A stretch of 64,000 nt of DNA from the NCBI GenBank assembly GCA_963724325.1, contig CAVRUH010000005.1, positions 64,001-128,000 on the forward strand, written 5' to 3'. Below the pieces are notes generated by a model, which did not search any database, had not been told where the DNA came from, and worked only from the letters and a program-made list of their open reading frames with translations. Origin of the DNA: Waddliaceae bacterium. Its GTDB lineage: Bacteria > Chlamydiota > Chlamydiia > Chlamydiales > Waddliaceae. Of this stretch, positions 1-8,894 are shown one piece after another (within the stretch, counting starts at the first letter, position 1; every line of letters begins with the position of its first letter). The translations under genes and the position numbers were made by a program.

Positions 1-164
1 ACTGCAGTACTCCTGATGGTTAATCCGCAGATTGAGTAATTTTACTAGGGCATCATCGATGCCCACAGGTATATGCTTGGAATCGATTTTCGAATATAAA
101 TAATTTCAATTCACATTTCAATTGCATAAAATTCAGGAATATCATATCTTTATTGATTAAATAT

Positions 165-237
<73 letters not shown>

Positions 238-502
238 TACTTTTCTACCCCATCAAGGGAAAAACCTTTGCCAAGAGCACGCTCAAAAAGTTCTGATAAT
301 TGTTTTAATTTGTATGGAAACAAAAGAACTTTATCTTTATTTACGTTCTCTGCAAATGTCTAATCTTTAATACAATAACTATTTTTTGAAATTCAATCCA
401 ATAAAGATGCAGCAAATTTTTTAAAAAAATATTTGACAATAATCGAAAAATAAAAAATAAGGGAAAAAAGGGATGCGTGTGGAAAATTAAAGGGGGTTTA
501 TT

Positions 503-676
503 ATGCCATTAATTAAAGGGAAAAAAGCAACAACTAGAAAAGGGATTTCGGAAAATATTAAGAAAGAGATCCATGCTGGAAAGCCTCAAAAACAAGCAGT
601 TGCCATAGCTCTAAGCGAGGCTCGGTCATCCGGTGCCAAAATACCCAAAAAAGCAACAAAAAAAGGGAAGAAATAA
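503..676 (+). CDS. Small basic protein, DUF6496-like (57 aa)
   Basis: Hand-translated MPLIKGKKATTRKGISENIKKEIHAGKPQKQAVAIALSEARSSGAKIPKKATKKGKK; KQAVAIALSEAR motif; AGGGGG RBS upstream; below the ORF-track cutoff. Confidence 0.8.
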   Translation: MPLIKGKKATTRKGISENIKKEIHAGKPQKQAVAIALSEARSSGAKIPKKATKKGKK

Positions 677-677
677 T

Positions 678-839
678 ATGTTACGTTTAGCAATTTTATT
701 TTTGATTATTGCTCTTATCGCTGGTTTATTAGGACTGCCCGGAGTTGCAGCGATTTCGGCTGATATTTCAAGGATCTTATTTACTGTATTTTTGGTTATT
801 TTCATCATCATGCTAATTTTAAGCTTAGGCTTTATTTAA
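678..839 (+). CDS. DUF1328 (YtjA-like) small membrane protein
   Basis: MLRLAILFLIIALIAGLLG...ISRILFTVFLVIFII pattern; ATG lies 1 nt after the upstream stop. Confidence 0.85.
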   Translation: MLRLAILFLIIALIAGLLGLPGVAAISADISRILFTVFLVIFIIMLILSLGFI

Positions 840-1061
840 AGCATGGGGTTGAATCCAATGATCTAAGCAATTGCCGCCAATTTATTCAATTGTTTTCTTG
901 AAAGAAAATCGTAATTGACAAAAGCATCCACTTTTGATATTGTAACAAAAAAATGCTTAAAATTTTGTCTTAACTTGTTTTACTGTAAGATTTATTTAGT
1001 CATTTTTTTTGAAATTGTAGTACAATCCCGATCTAAAAAAGAAAAAGAGGAGTTTTTCAGA

Positions 1062-1937
1062 ATGGCAATTTGTATATATGCAGGAACATTTGATCCCCCG
1101 CATTTGGGGCATTTTGAGGTTGCTCAATGGCTGAATAATAATTCAGCTATTAAAGAATTATGGGTTGTTTGTGGTAGTTTTAACCCTTATAAACCCTTTC
1201 AGTCATCGCCTGAGTCACGACAGAAAATGGCAGAAATGACTTTTAAAGATTTGAAAAAAGTGCGAATCACAAATGAAGACAGTGATTCATTAACTAAACG
1301 ACTGTACAACGAAAATCGCGGTACAGAAATTTGTAAAGCGGTTGGTTCAGATGTAATCAAGATAGGTCTCTCTAACGGAAAAGATAAAATTCCAACCAAA
1401 GATACTGACAAATATATTCTTTTTCTTCGAGAGGAAGATGCTGAATTACCAGAAAAAATCACTGTCTGGAGGGGAAAACAGGTTACTTGGGTGAAGACAG
1501 TGGGACAACAAATTTCTTCGACGAAAATAAGAGAGGCTGTTAAGAATGATTCCTCTGATTTAAATAGAATTCTTAATCCAGAGGTTGCCGCCTTTGTTCG
1601 TGATAATCAGCTATACCTAGCCGATGCAGTAGATAAAGAACTAGGGGATGTTGCTGTTTCTGTAAAGAAAACGATTGGCACTGCTTTTGGAAAGTGTATA
1701 AAGTTGTATGATGGTAGAATTGTCCCTTTTAAATGTATTCCCCAAGGTTTTTCTGACCAAAGATCTGTATATAAAATGGCGATCAATGATAAAGATAGTA
1801 AAGTTGTGTGCCATGTAATGGTTTTTTTTGGAGATAAAAAAACATTTAATTGTGAAAGTGCTCAAGCTGCAAATACAGGAAACATTTTATTTAAAAAAGA
1901 AACTAGAGATTTTGAATTAATCGGAATTAATAAATAG
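1062..1937 (+). CDS. nadD: Nicotinate-nucleotide adenylyltransferase-like cytidylyltransferase-family protein with C-terminal extension
   Basis: GTFDPPHLGH (HIGH) and ISSTKIR motifs; GAGGAG RBS before ATG at 1062. Confidence 0.7.
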   Translation: MAICIYAGTFDPPHLGHFEVAQWLNNNSAIKELWVVCGSFNPYKPFQSSPESRQKMAEMTFKDLKKVRITNEDSDSLTKRLYNENRGTEICKAVGSDVIKIGLSNGKDKIPTKDTDKYILFLREEDAELPEKITVWRGKQVTWVKTVGQQISSTKIREAVKNDSSDLNRILNPEVAAFVRDNQLYLADAVDKELGDVAVSVKKTIGTAFGKCIKLYDGRIVPFKCIPQGFSDQRSVYKMAINDKDSKVVCHVMVFFGDKKTFNCESAQAANTGNILFKKETRDFELIGINK

Positions 1938-1947
1938 TGTTTCTAAC

Positions 1948-1987
1948 ATTTGGGATTGTAAGGATTTAACTCCTTACAACCCCAAAA
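1948..1987. terminator. Bidirectional intrinsic terminator-like hairpin
   Basis: TTTGGGATTGTAAGGA-tttaac-TCCTTACAACCCCAAA between convergent genes. Confidence 0.65.
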
Positions 1988-2010
1988 TCTTGCTTGGAAT
2001 CAAAGGAATT

Positions 2011-2958
2011 TTATTTAATTTCTATTCCGCTCTTTTTGCATTTTACTTCGGTCTCTTCTTGTTTAGAATGAATAGTTTTAAATTGTGCTTCGGTAAATTT
2101 GACGAATTGTTTCGACACGTCCGCCCAAATCTCTTTGGACCTGCCAATTAAGTTGTGGTGCAGTCTTTCCATGCCTTTTTCAATGCATGTTTGGACGTGC
2201 ACATCCCTAGGAACAGGTGTGCCTTTTGCATCGCTTACCATTTTATGATTGGTGAAATATGCTTCTGTTGTCCTTTCTGGGTGCATATCGATTACAAATA
2301 CTTGGCCTTTTGCATCAACCTGAATATTGAAAAAGTGACCATCCATAAAACCGGTGCCAAGTACGAATTGATGACAGAGTTCGGCTAGGGCGCGACATTT
2401 AGACTCTTCTAGATTGTTTATGTTCGCCGCGGTAAAAAGGAGCCCTTTAGGACCGTGAACAAACTCTTTCACTTCACTAGATGCAACGAATGCTGTATCG
2501 TCGCTAGGTTCCTCAGTATCAGAGAGAGTGTAGATTTTTTTTTGGGGAATCACAATTGTTTCGTTATGTCCATTCTTGTCAACCCAAGATCTCATTCTAT
2601 TGGCATAGGCAATCCTTAGAGCTGACTGATAGTTTGCTAAGCCAGAAGCATTAACTTCTTCAGGGTAGTCTTTGGTTTTAGTGGGATTTTTCATTTTAAA
2701 GATGAATCCAGGTAGCTCTACGTGTTTGAAAACGACTTCGAGCCTAGCTGGAAGTCCATCTTTTCCAACATTTCCTAAGATTGTAAATTCTTTATTTTGA
2801 ATAACGGTGTTAAAAATCTCAGTTGTGTTTTGAAAGTTTGCAAAGACTTTATTAAAAAGTTTTTGATTTTCTGGTGAAACTGAGTTTTCTTCGTAAAATT
2901 TTTTCTCAGTGACACTTTCAAGTTGTTGATTCCAATTATATCTTTGTTGAATGTCCAT
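2011..2958 (-). CDS. Hypothetical protein, possible atypical kinase fold
   Basis: 315-aa ORF with AGGAG RBS; DGHFFNI...VFVIDM resembles a DxHxxN catalytic loop followed by a metal-binding Asp. Confidence 0.6.
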   Translation of the reverse strand: MDIQQRYNWNQQLESVTEKKFYEENSVSPENQKLFNKVFANFQNTTEIFNTVIQNKEFTILGNVGKDGLPARLEVVFKHVELPGFIFKMKNPTKTKDYPEEVNASGLANYQSALRIAYANRMRSWVDKNGHNETIVIPQKKIYTLSDTEEPSDDTAFVASSEVKEFVHGPKGLLFTAANINNLEESKCRALAELCHQFVLGTGFMDGHFFNIQVDAKGQVFVIDMHPERTTEAYFTNHKMVSDAKGTPVPRDVHVQTCIEKGMERLHHNLIGRSKEIWADVSKQFVKFTEAQFKTIHSKQEETEVKCKKSGIEIK

Positions 2959-3148
2959 TTTATACTCCTTGTATTGTTGTTTAAAAAACGGAGGTTTGTT
3001 ATTTGATTTCGGAAAAAAATATTAGTTTCGAAACCGCTTCGCCTTATTCTCTAAAATCTTTAAAGATCTATAGCATAAATTTCTCCGAAATGTACATTGT
3101 TAATCCATTTTTGACAACCATTTTCTTAGCCTTTATGGAAGCTAAATG

Positions 3149-3330
3149 GGTCTTTCACAAAAAGAGTCTTTTGAAATCAAATTTGGCAATCAAGCATTTA
3201 AGCTTGCACTAGAGGTGGCAAAAAAGGCTCCAATGCTTCGCAATCATTTATCCAAGACCTACCAAAATTGCAACAAGTTGGTAACTCTGCCGAACCAACG
3301 GGTGATTTTATTTTAGATTGTTAGTGCAAA
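3149..3330 (+). pseudogene. Deleted remnant paralogous to the BTB-like region of the 5326-7176 gene
   Basis: Collinear matches to 5698-5794, 5862-5871 and 5974-6045 with two internal deletions. Confidence 0.8.
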
Positions 3331-3383
3331 ATATGTCGAAATATTAGAAATGTTTTATTTACTAAATTTAAAGTTTAGTTTTT

Positions 3384-4130
3384 TTATTTAATTTCAGTTA
3401 TGCTTTCTTTTTCAATAATGATAAATCCTCTAGATTTACCATAAATATTAGCTGTTTGCATTGCATTGATAAATGCAGAAGCTCCGATCCAGACAGGCGG
3501 ATATTTATATCTAGCGACATCAAGTATCAAAAAAGAGTCGCTCTCAATATCATAAGCAGCTATTGGTGACCAATGACCCCCTCCTTCTTGCTGTAATTCT
3601 CTCCTTTGGTATAGAGCAAGCACGCACTGGTTAGGATTTTTTAAAGCGTGGATTAACAAATCACGGATTTCCTCATGAGACAAATATTGGGCTTCATATT
3701 TGAAAACTTCCACAGCAAAAACATTTAAAACGGCAGCTAATTCTTCTAATGCCATACCTCGTTGTGCCACTTTATTTTGATCAATTACTGCATTCACATT
3801 TTCAGAAAAAAATTCTTCTTGAGTAAACATTTGATATTTCTCCAAAAACTGAGATTTTGGCGATTGAATTGACAAGGTGTTCAGTGTAATTACAGAAGTG
3901 GCAACACTGCAATAAGTTAAACGAATTTGGGCTTCATAAAAACGAAGCAATTTCCAAAAATTTTCTTTTGCATCACATCTCTGCAGACGAGAAAGGCCTT
4001 CAGGTGAATCCCATTTTTCCAAATGCTCGTTTTCTTGAATCGAGATCGAGGTTAAAGCAACTTCTTCGGCTCTAACAAATGTGCCGCAAGATAAAGATAG
4101 AATTAATAATAAAATTGAAAAAATTTGCAT
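3384..4130 (-). CDS. Phytochelatin synthase family protein (papain-like) with signal peptide
   Basis: YCSVATSVITLN (Cys), GGHWSPIAAYD (His), LDVARYKYPPVW (Asp); hydrophobic N-terminus. Confidence 0.9.
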   Translation of the reverse strand: MQIFSILLLILSLSCGTFVRAEEVALTSISIQENEHLEKWDSPEGLSRLQRCDAKENFWKLLRFYEAQIRLTYCSVATSVITLNTLSIQSPKSQFLEKYQMFTQEEFFSENVNAVIDQNKVAQRGMALEELAAVLNVFAVEVFKYEAQYLSHEEIRDLLIHALKNPNQCVLALYQRRELQQEGGGHWSPIAAYDIESDSFLILDVARYKYPPVWIGASAFINAMQTANIYGKSRGFIIIEKESITEIK

Positions 4131-4420
4131 TTTAATAAATAAATTGTTTTTAAACTATGGTCGCAAAATCGGGTTGGATTTCGATCGACCATCATCATGA
4201 GACCTTCCCATGATTTTGAAGTCATATTATCAAAAATGTGAATTACAAGTCAATAAAAATTATATAAACATGTTTTTTAAGTTTAAAAAGTCGATATAAA
4301 CACTCAAACTACTTTAAATTTTGTTTCTAGATTGTTAGTATCATAATTTGAAGGGGGTCAAGATTTATATTGCTGGATTTAATTAAAAAGTCTATATTCA
4401 GAAAAAAAAGGAGTACGTAC

Positions 4421-5167
4421 ATGTTCCTATCAGAAGTTCCATTTTATGGTACCGTTCCTAGTTTTTTGTCTGCAACTGATGACAGGTTGAGTTTTTCATC
4501 CATTTCTGCGCTGAACCCAAAAGTGGTTCTGGAACCACTCGAGGTTAAAATAGGGCGCTCTATTGTTATCAAGAATCTTACATCAATTCTGGAACCGCAT
4601 TCAAACGAATCTCACCCTAAATTTCAGCAGCTTTGTGGTGATTTTCTTATTTTTCTCATGTCTATCATGGAGGAGATTAATATTGAATCTGAAAAGTATT
4701 CCGATGAAGGGTATGGACGTCAAGGTTCGCGCATGGCTTTTCATCGACCAAAAGCAATTGAAGCCGATTTTAAAAAAGTACTGAATGATCCTCAAAACAA
4801 TGATTTTCTTTTTGTTTTAGATGAAAAAACTGGGGAAATTATGGGAAGTATTTCTCTTATACAATGTGAAAATGGGCTGCCAGAAATCTCCGATTTCTAT
4901 CTCTCTAAAAAACTTCGAAGGGAAGTGAAATCACCCAAAGTTGGCCTTGCAAAATATCTATTTTCACGGATGTTATCGTTTGTAAATAATTTAGGTCTGA
5001 AAGAAGTATTTCTGACATCAAGAAGAAAAGGGGGCTTCGAGCAAGCTCTTAATCTTTATGCTCAATTTGGTTTCAAAGAAGTCACTAAAGCCGAAGATAT
5101 TAACCTTCTGGTACGCCCCGAATACCAGAGTGCTAGAACTATCCCTATGTTGCTCTCAAACCTTTGA
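4421..5167 (+). CDS. GNAT-family acetyltransferase
   Basis: C-terminal EISDFYLSKKLR..GLAKYL...ALNLYAQFGF GNAT motifs; AGGAG RBS. Confidence 0.7.
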   Translation: MFLSEVPFYGTVPSFLSATDDRLSFSSISALNPKVVLEPLEVKIGRSIVIKNLTSILEPHSNESHPKFQQLCGDFLIFLMSIMEEINIESEKYSDEGYGRQGSRMAFHRPKAIEADFKKVLNDPQNNDFLFVLDEKTGEIMGSISLIQCENGLPEISDFYLSKKLRREVKSPKVGLAKYLFSRMLSFVNNLGLKEVFLTSRRKGGFEQALNLYAQFGFKEVTKAEDINLLVRPEYQSARTIPMLLSNL

Positions 5168-5325
5168 GAATTTAGGGGGCAAAAAAAGGCCCTCTTACTT
5201 TGCATGTTATTTTTGCATGTGGGTCACTAAGTGCAACAAATATTCTCCTTAATTAAAATCGTAAATCTAATTTTTATGTAAAATTAAGGAAATATTTGAT
5301 ATTATTAGCATTAGGTGAGGTTATT

Positions 5326-7176
5326 GTGAATCCTGATGTAAAAATGGTATTGTTTGAGTCCAATGACCTGAGACTGCTTAGGGTGTCAGGAGATGGAAAG
5401 CTTGAAAAAATTAGTCGTTGGAATATCATTGGTCGCATTATCCGATATTTTCGCAAAGATACTATGGATGTCGCAGTCACAGCAAAAATTCAGGAAATAC
5501 TCAGATCCAACGGAATCAACTCCATAAAGAACAAGCTAGGAGAGGTTTACAACATTCAGTTTTTAACTCCAGAAAGGGCTCAAGCTCTCCTAAAAAATAA
5601 AGATATACCCAATCCTAGCCAATTTTACAGAAGAATGACAAATCAAGAGCCCGCTACTAGCAATGATCTGCATACAACTATCGATTTAGCACCTCCAGGT
5701 CTTTCACAAGAAGAGACTTTTGAAATCAAATTTGGCAATGAAACATTTAAACTTGAACTAGAAGTGGCAAAAAAGGCTCCAATGCTCTGCAATCTTATTG
5801 AAGATACCGATGCTCATTCACTCCATTTCAAACCTAGCAGTAAAATAATCAACGCAGAATCTATCCAAGACGCTTTGCTCTATCTTATTAACCCCGAAGA
5901 ATTACCTTCTGATATGGAACAGCAAATCAGAATGATTGCTACACTTGACTATATGAGTGTAGATAGAGATTCTCTACCAAAATTGCAACAAGTTGCTAAC
6001 TCTGCTAAACCGACGGGTGAGTTTATTTTAGACTGCTGGTGCGAAAATCGTGCCCTTTTGAATAGTTTTGAAAGAGATTTCCTCAACCTTGACGACGCGA
6101 TCAGAAATGCTAATTTTGAGGGGATACAAACGGATCAGGCTCGGTTTTTATGGCAGGCCGTTCACGAAACCAACTGCGGTGAGATGTTTAGGATCGATAA
6201 ATCCAACGATGGCAAGGGAGAATATGAAATTCGACTTCAATTTAATGGCAAAAACCGTCCAACTCCTTCTCAAAACAAAGGTCTTATCACTTTATTGAAT
6301 TTAATGCCAAAGGCCTCGATCTCTATCGACTCGACAGATTTAAAATGGAGCCCCGATTCTTCAATTTTTAAAAATACCAAGAATCCTGTAAACATTCATT
6401 ATATAGATTCCCGTGTAACTAATCGTACAGCTTGTTATAAAATCATAAAAAATTCTGCAAATATTCGTTCGATCTGGCCTAGTGGTGCTGATCATTATGG
6501 TTTATCCTTTTATGGATTAGCGAGAGCTTTAAGAAAAACGCCTTCTCATGACATTTTACTTTCAACTATAGGGCTTTATTGGGGGGATCAAACGCGACTT
6601 CTTAATGTACTGAGTAATATCACTTCAATAGGAACTTTAGAATGTGATGGTGTATCATTTCTGATAGCTTCCGAACTCGATAAATGCCCTAATATCAAAA
6701 AACTCAAATTGGGATTCCATAAAGATATACATGCCGATGGTTGGTATTTAAGAAATGGATTGCTTGTAACACTAGATGGAATAGGGAAATTGAACATTGA
6801 AGAGTTAGAAATTACTTCATCGTTGTTATTAATAGGTATAGAGAATTTTATTGGCATGCTTTCGGATTCTGCGCCCGAATTGAAACGGCTCGTCATTAAA
6901 GGTATTACCTCGTCCTATTCCCCATGCTCGGCCTCAACTTTTCTAAAATTAATAGTCAATAATCCAAATCTTACGGAAATTAATATTCCGGCAATAGGCG
7001 TGAAATTCGCTGATGATCAAGAGAGTCTTCAAAGAGAATTGGATGAGTTAAATACTGCCATAGCGAATCATGAGGATATTGAAATGGGAAAATTCAAGTT
7101 CAAGGTCTTTCATTCAGATAACAAAATCAAGGTTCGTTATGAGGATGGTGTTGTTAAAGACATCGTATCAACATAA
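5326..7176 (+). CDS. BTB/Skp1-POZ-like plus LRR-like protein, candidate secreted effector
   Basis: FKLELEVAKKAPMLCNLIED...IATLDYM resembles Skp1/BTB; C-terminal CPNIKKLKL, IEELEI, LKRLVI, LTEINI repeats; GTG start with GAGG RBS. Confidence 0.6.
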   Translation: MNPDVKMVLFESNDLRLLRVSGDGKLEKISRWNIIGRIIRYFRKDTMDVAVTAKIQEILRSNGINSIKNKLGEVYNIQFLTPERAQALLKNKDIPNPSQFYRRMTNQEPATSNDLHTTIDLAPPGLSQEETFEIKFGNETFKLELEVAKKAPMLCNLIEDTDAHSLHFKPSSKIINAESIQDALLYLINPEELPSDMEQQIRMIATLDYMSVDRDSLPKLQQVANSAKPTGEFILDCWCENRALLNSFERDFLNLDDAIRNANFEGIQTDQARFLWQAVHETNCGEMFRIDKSNDGKGEYEIRLQFNGKNRPTPSQNKGLITLLNLMPKASISIDSTDLKWSPDSSIFKNTKNPVNIHYIDSRVTNRTACYKIIKNSANIRSIWPSGADHYGLSFYGLARALRKTPSHDILLSTIGLYWGDQTRLLNVLSNITSIGTLECDGVSFLIASELDKCPNIKKLKLGFHKDIHADGWYLRNGLLVTLDGIGKLNIEELEITSSLLLIGIENFIGMLSDSAPELKRLVIKGITSSYSPCSASTFLKLIVNNPNLTEINIPAIGVKFADDQESLQRELDELNTAIANHEDIEMGKFKFKVFHSDNKIKVRYEDGVVKDIVST

Positions 7177-7263
7177 GTGAAATAGAAAAAAGCAGCTAAT
7201 ATTCTTTGTAAACCTTTTCAGAATTATCATTTTGGGCCGATTATCACATGGAAAAAATCGTAA

Positions 7264-7292
7264 TTGACAATAGTATCAACTTTTGATATCAT
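7264..7292 (+). promoter_or_regulatory. sigma66/70 promoter of hicAB with palindromic operator
   Basis: TTGACA-17nt-TATCAT; inverted repeat TATCAA-ctt-TTGATA (7274-7288) in the spacer, overlapping the start of the -10. Confidence 0.65.
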
Positions 7293-7298
7293 AGGTAT

Positions 7299-7553
7299 AT
7301 GAGCAGGAAACACTCTGAAACGCATAAAGACATTTTTCGTATCCCAGTACTGTCAAACGTGAAATGGAGCGATGTTGAAAGCCTCTTGATAAGTCTTGGC
7401 GCCAAAGTTGTTGAGGGACGTGGATCTCGCGTAAAGTTATACCCCAATGATAGAGTTGCGGTTTTTCATAGACCGCATCCACAGAAGGAGACAGATAAAG
7501 GAGCATTGGTTTCAGTGCGCCGTTTTTTAGAAGAAGCAGGAGAAAAACCATGA
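7299..7553 (+). CDS. hicA: HicA family toxin
   Basis: KWSDVESLL..LGAKVVEGRGSRV...FHRPHP. Confidence 0.9.
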   Translation: MSRKHSETHKDIFRIPVLSNVKWSDVESLLISLGAKVVEGRGSRVKLYPNDRVAVFHRPHPQKETDKGALVSVRRFLEEAGEKP

Positions 7554-7918
7554 TGTATAAAGGATATAAAGGACATGTTAATTATGATGAGGAAGCTAGG
7601 TTGTTCCATGGCGAAGTTGTTGGATTAAGAGATGTAATTACATTCCAAGGATCATCCGTGGATGAACTGGAACAGGCTTTTAAAGATTCAGTCGATGAAT
7701 ATTTAGAGTTTTGTCTGGAGCTAGGTAGGGCTCCGGAAAAACCATTTTCGGGAAAACTGGTGTTGCGACTCCCTCCAGAGGTTCATGAAAGGGCAGCTTA
7801 TGAGGCAAAATGCAGTGGAATGAGTTTAAATGCCTGGATCAAAAACGGTATTCAGGATTTAATTAACGCATCATCGCACTATCTGCCTCCGCCGCCCCCA
7901 AACAAAAAACACGCTTAA
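7550..7918 (+). CDS. hicB: HicB family antitoxin
   Basis: YKGYKG..YDEE..LFHG.V.GLRDVITFQG...PEKPFSGKLVLRL..EVH; ATGA overlap with hicA. Confidence 0.92.
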   Translation: MMYKGYKGHVNYDEEARLFHGEVVGLRDVITFQGSSVDELEQAFKDSVDEYLEFCLELGRAPEKPFSGKLVLRLPPEVHERAAYEAKCSGMSLNAWIKNGIQDLINASSHYLPPPPPNKKHA

Positions 7919-8002
7919 ATTTTTAGCAAATCAAACTATTTTACTTGCTAGTAATCAAAAATTTGTGTTACAATGCTCCTATAATTTAATAGGGGACTTA
8001 AA

Positions 8003-8890
8003 ATGAGAATAATCAGTTGTTTATTAATCTTTTTAGCTGGATTTTGCAACCTGAATGGCGAAATCATCAAGACAAATGAAATGCAAGATATCAGAATGGA
8101 AATAACACCTGATACTTTAGTGCTATTCAACCTAGCAGAAGTGCTCATGGACACCGAAACAAGCCTTGGGACTCAAGCTTGGAGGAAATTCCTCCGCACA
8201 CGAGTGGATTCACAAACACATGATGAATTAACTTTAGCTGTTTTTGAATCGGTTCCCCCTAAATGCCCTGAAAGTTTGACTCCCGAAATTATTAAAGAAC
8301 TGCAATCGAGTGGATACACTGTTTTTGCAATGACTTCACGAGGACGCAATGAATGGTATTCTTCTAAGGTTTCGAACGTCGATCTTATAACAGAAAGACT
8401 ATTGCGTAAAATAGACATTAACTTTTCACATACTCAGTTAATTCCTGAACTAGCGCAACTGCCAGTAATGTTTAATGATTATTTCCATGAAGGGATTATT
8501 TATGCAGGCAATACCAATGAAAAGGGACAACTACTTAGAGAAATTTTTGAAAAAACAGGTTATTTTCCTTCCAAAGTCGTTTTCGTCGATGATAAGGCTG
8601 ATTCACTCAAAGAAGTTGAGACGACCTTGCAAAGCCTAAATATTCCATTTGTAGGTTATGTGTATTCTCGCACGGCGCAAGATCATGCATCATTTGATCC
8701 GCAAATCGCAAATATACAACTAGATTGGCTCCTTAGAAATAGCACCGTCCTATCTGATCAAGAGGCTGAGCAAATTAAGTTAAAGGGAGAAGTAAATCCT
8801 GAGCCAGATGCCTATATTCAAGAAATTGCAGGCCTTTGGTGGTTCCTTCAACGACTTTCAGAGCCTATTAACTTTTTATCAGATAAATAG
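8003..8890 (+). CDS. DUF2608-family HAD-like exported protein
   Basis: Signal peptide; TLVLFNLAEVL, AMTSR, KGQLL, VVFVDDK HAD-like motifs; the motif I aspartates are absent. Confidence 0.75.
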   Translation: MRIISCLLIFLAGFCNLNGEIIKTNEMQDIRMEITPDTLVLFNLAEVLMDTETSLGTQAWRKFLRTRVDSQTHDELTLAVFESVPPKCPESLTPEIIKELQSSGYTVFAMTSRGRNEWYSSKVSNVDLITERLLRKIDINFSHTQLIPELAQLPVMFNDYFHEGIIYAGNTNEKGQLLREIFEKTGYFPSKVVFVDDKADSLKEVETTLQSLNIPFVGYVYSRTAQDHASFDPQIANIQLDWLLRNSTVLSDQEAEQIKLKGEVNPEPDAYIQEIAGLWWFLQRLSEPINFLSDK

Positions 8891-8894
8891 TGAT

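Noticed and set aside
3003..3212. 69-aa ORF
   Set aside because: TTG start, no RBS, and it overlaps the pseudogene remnant out of frame
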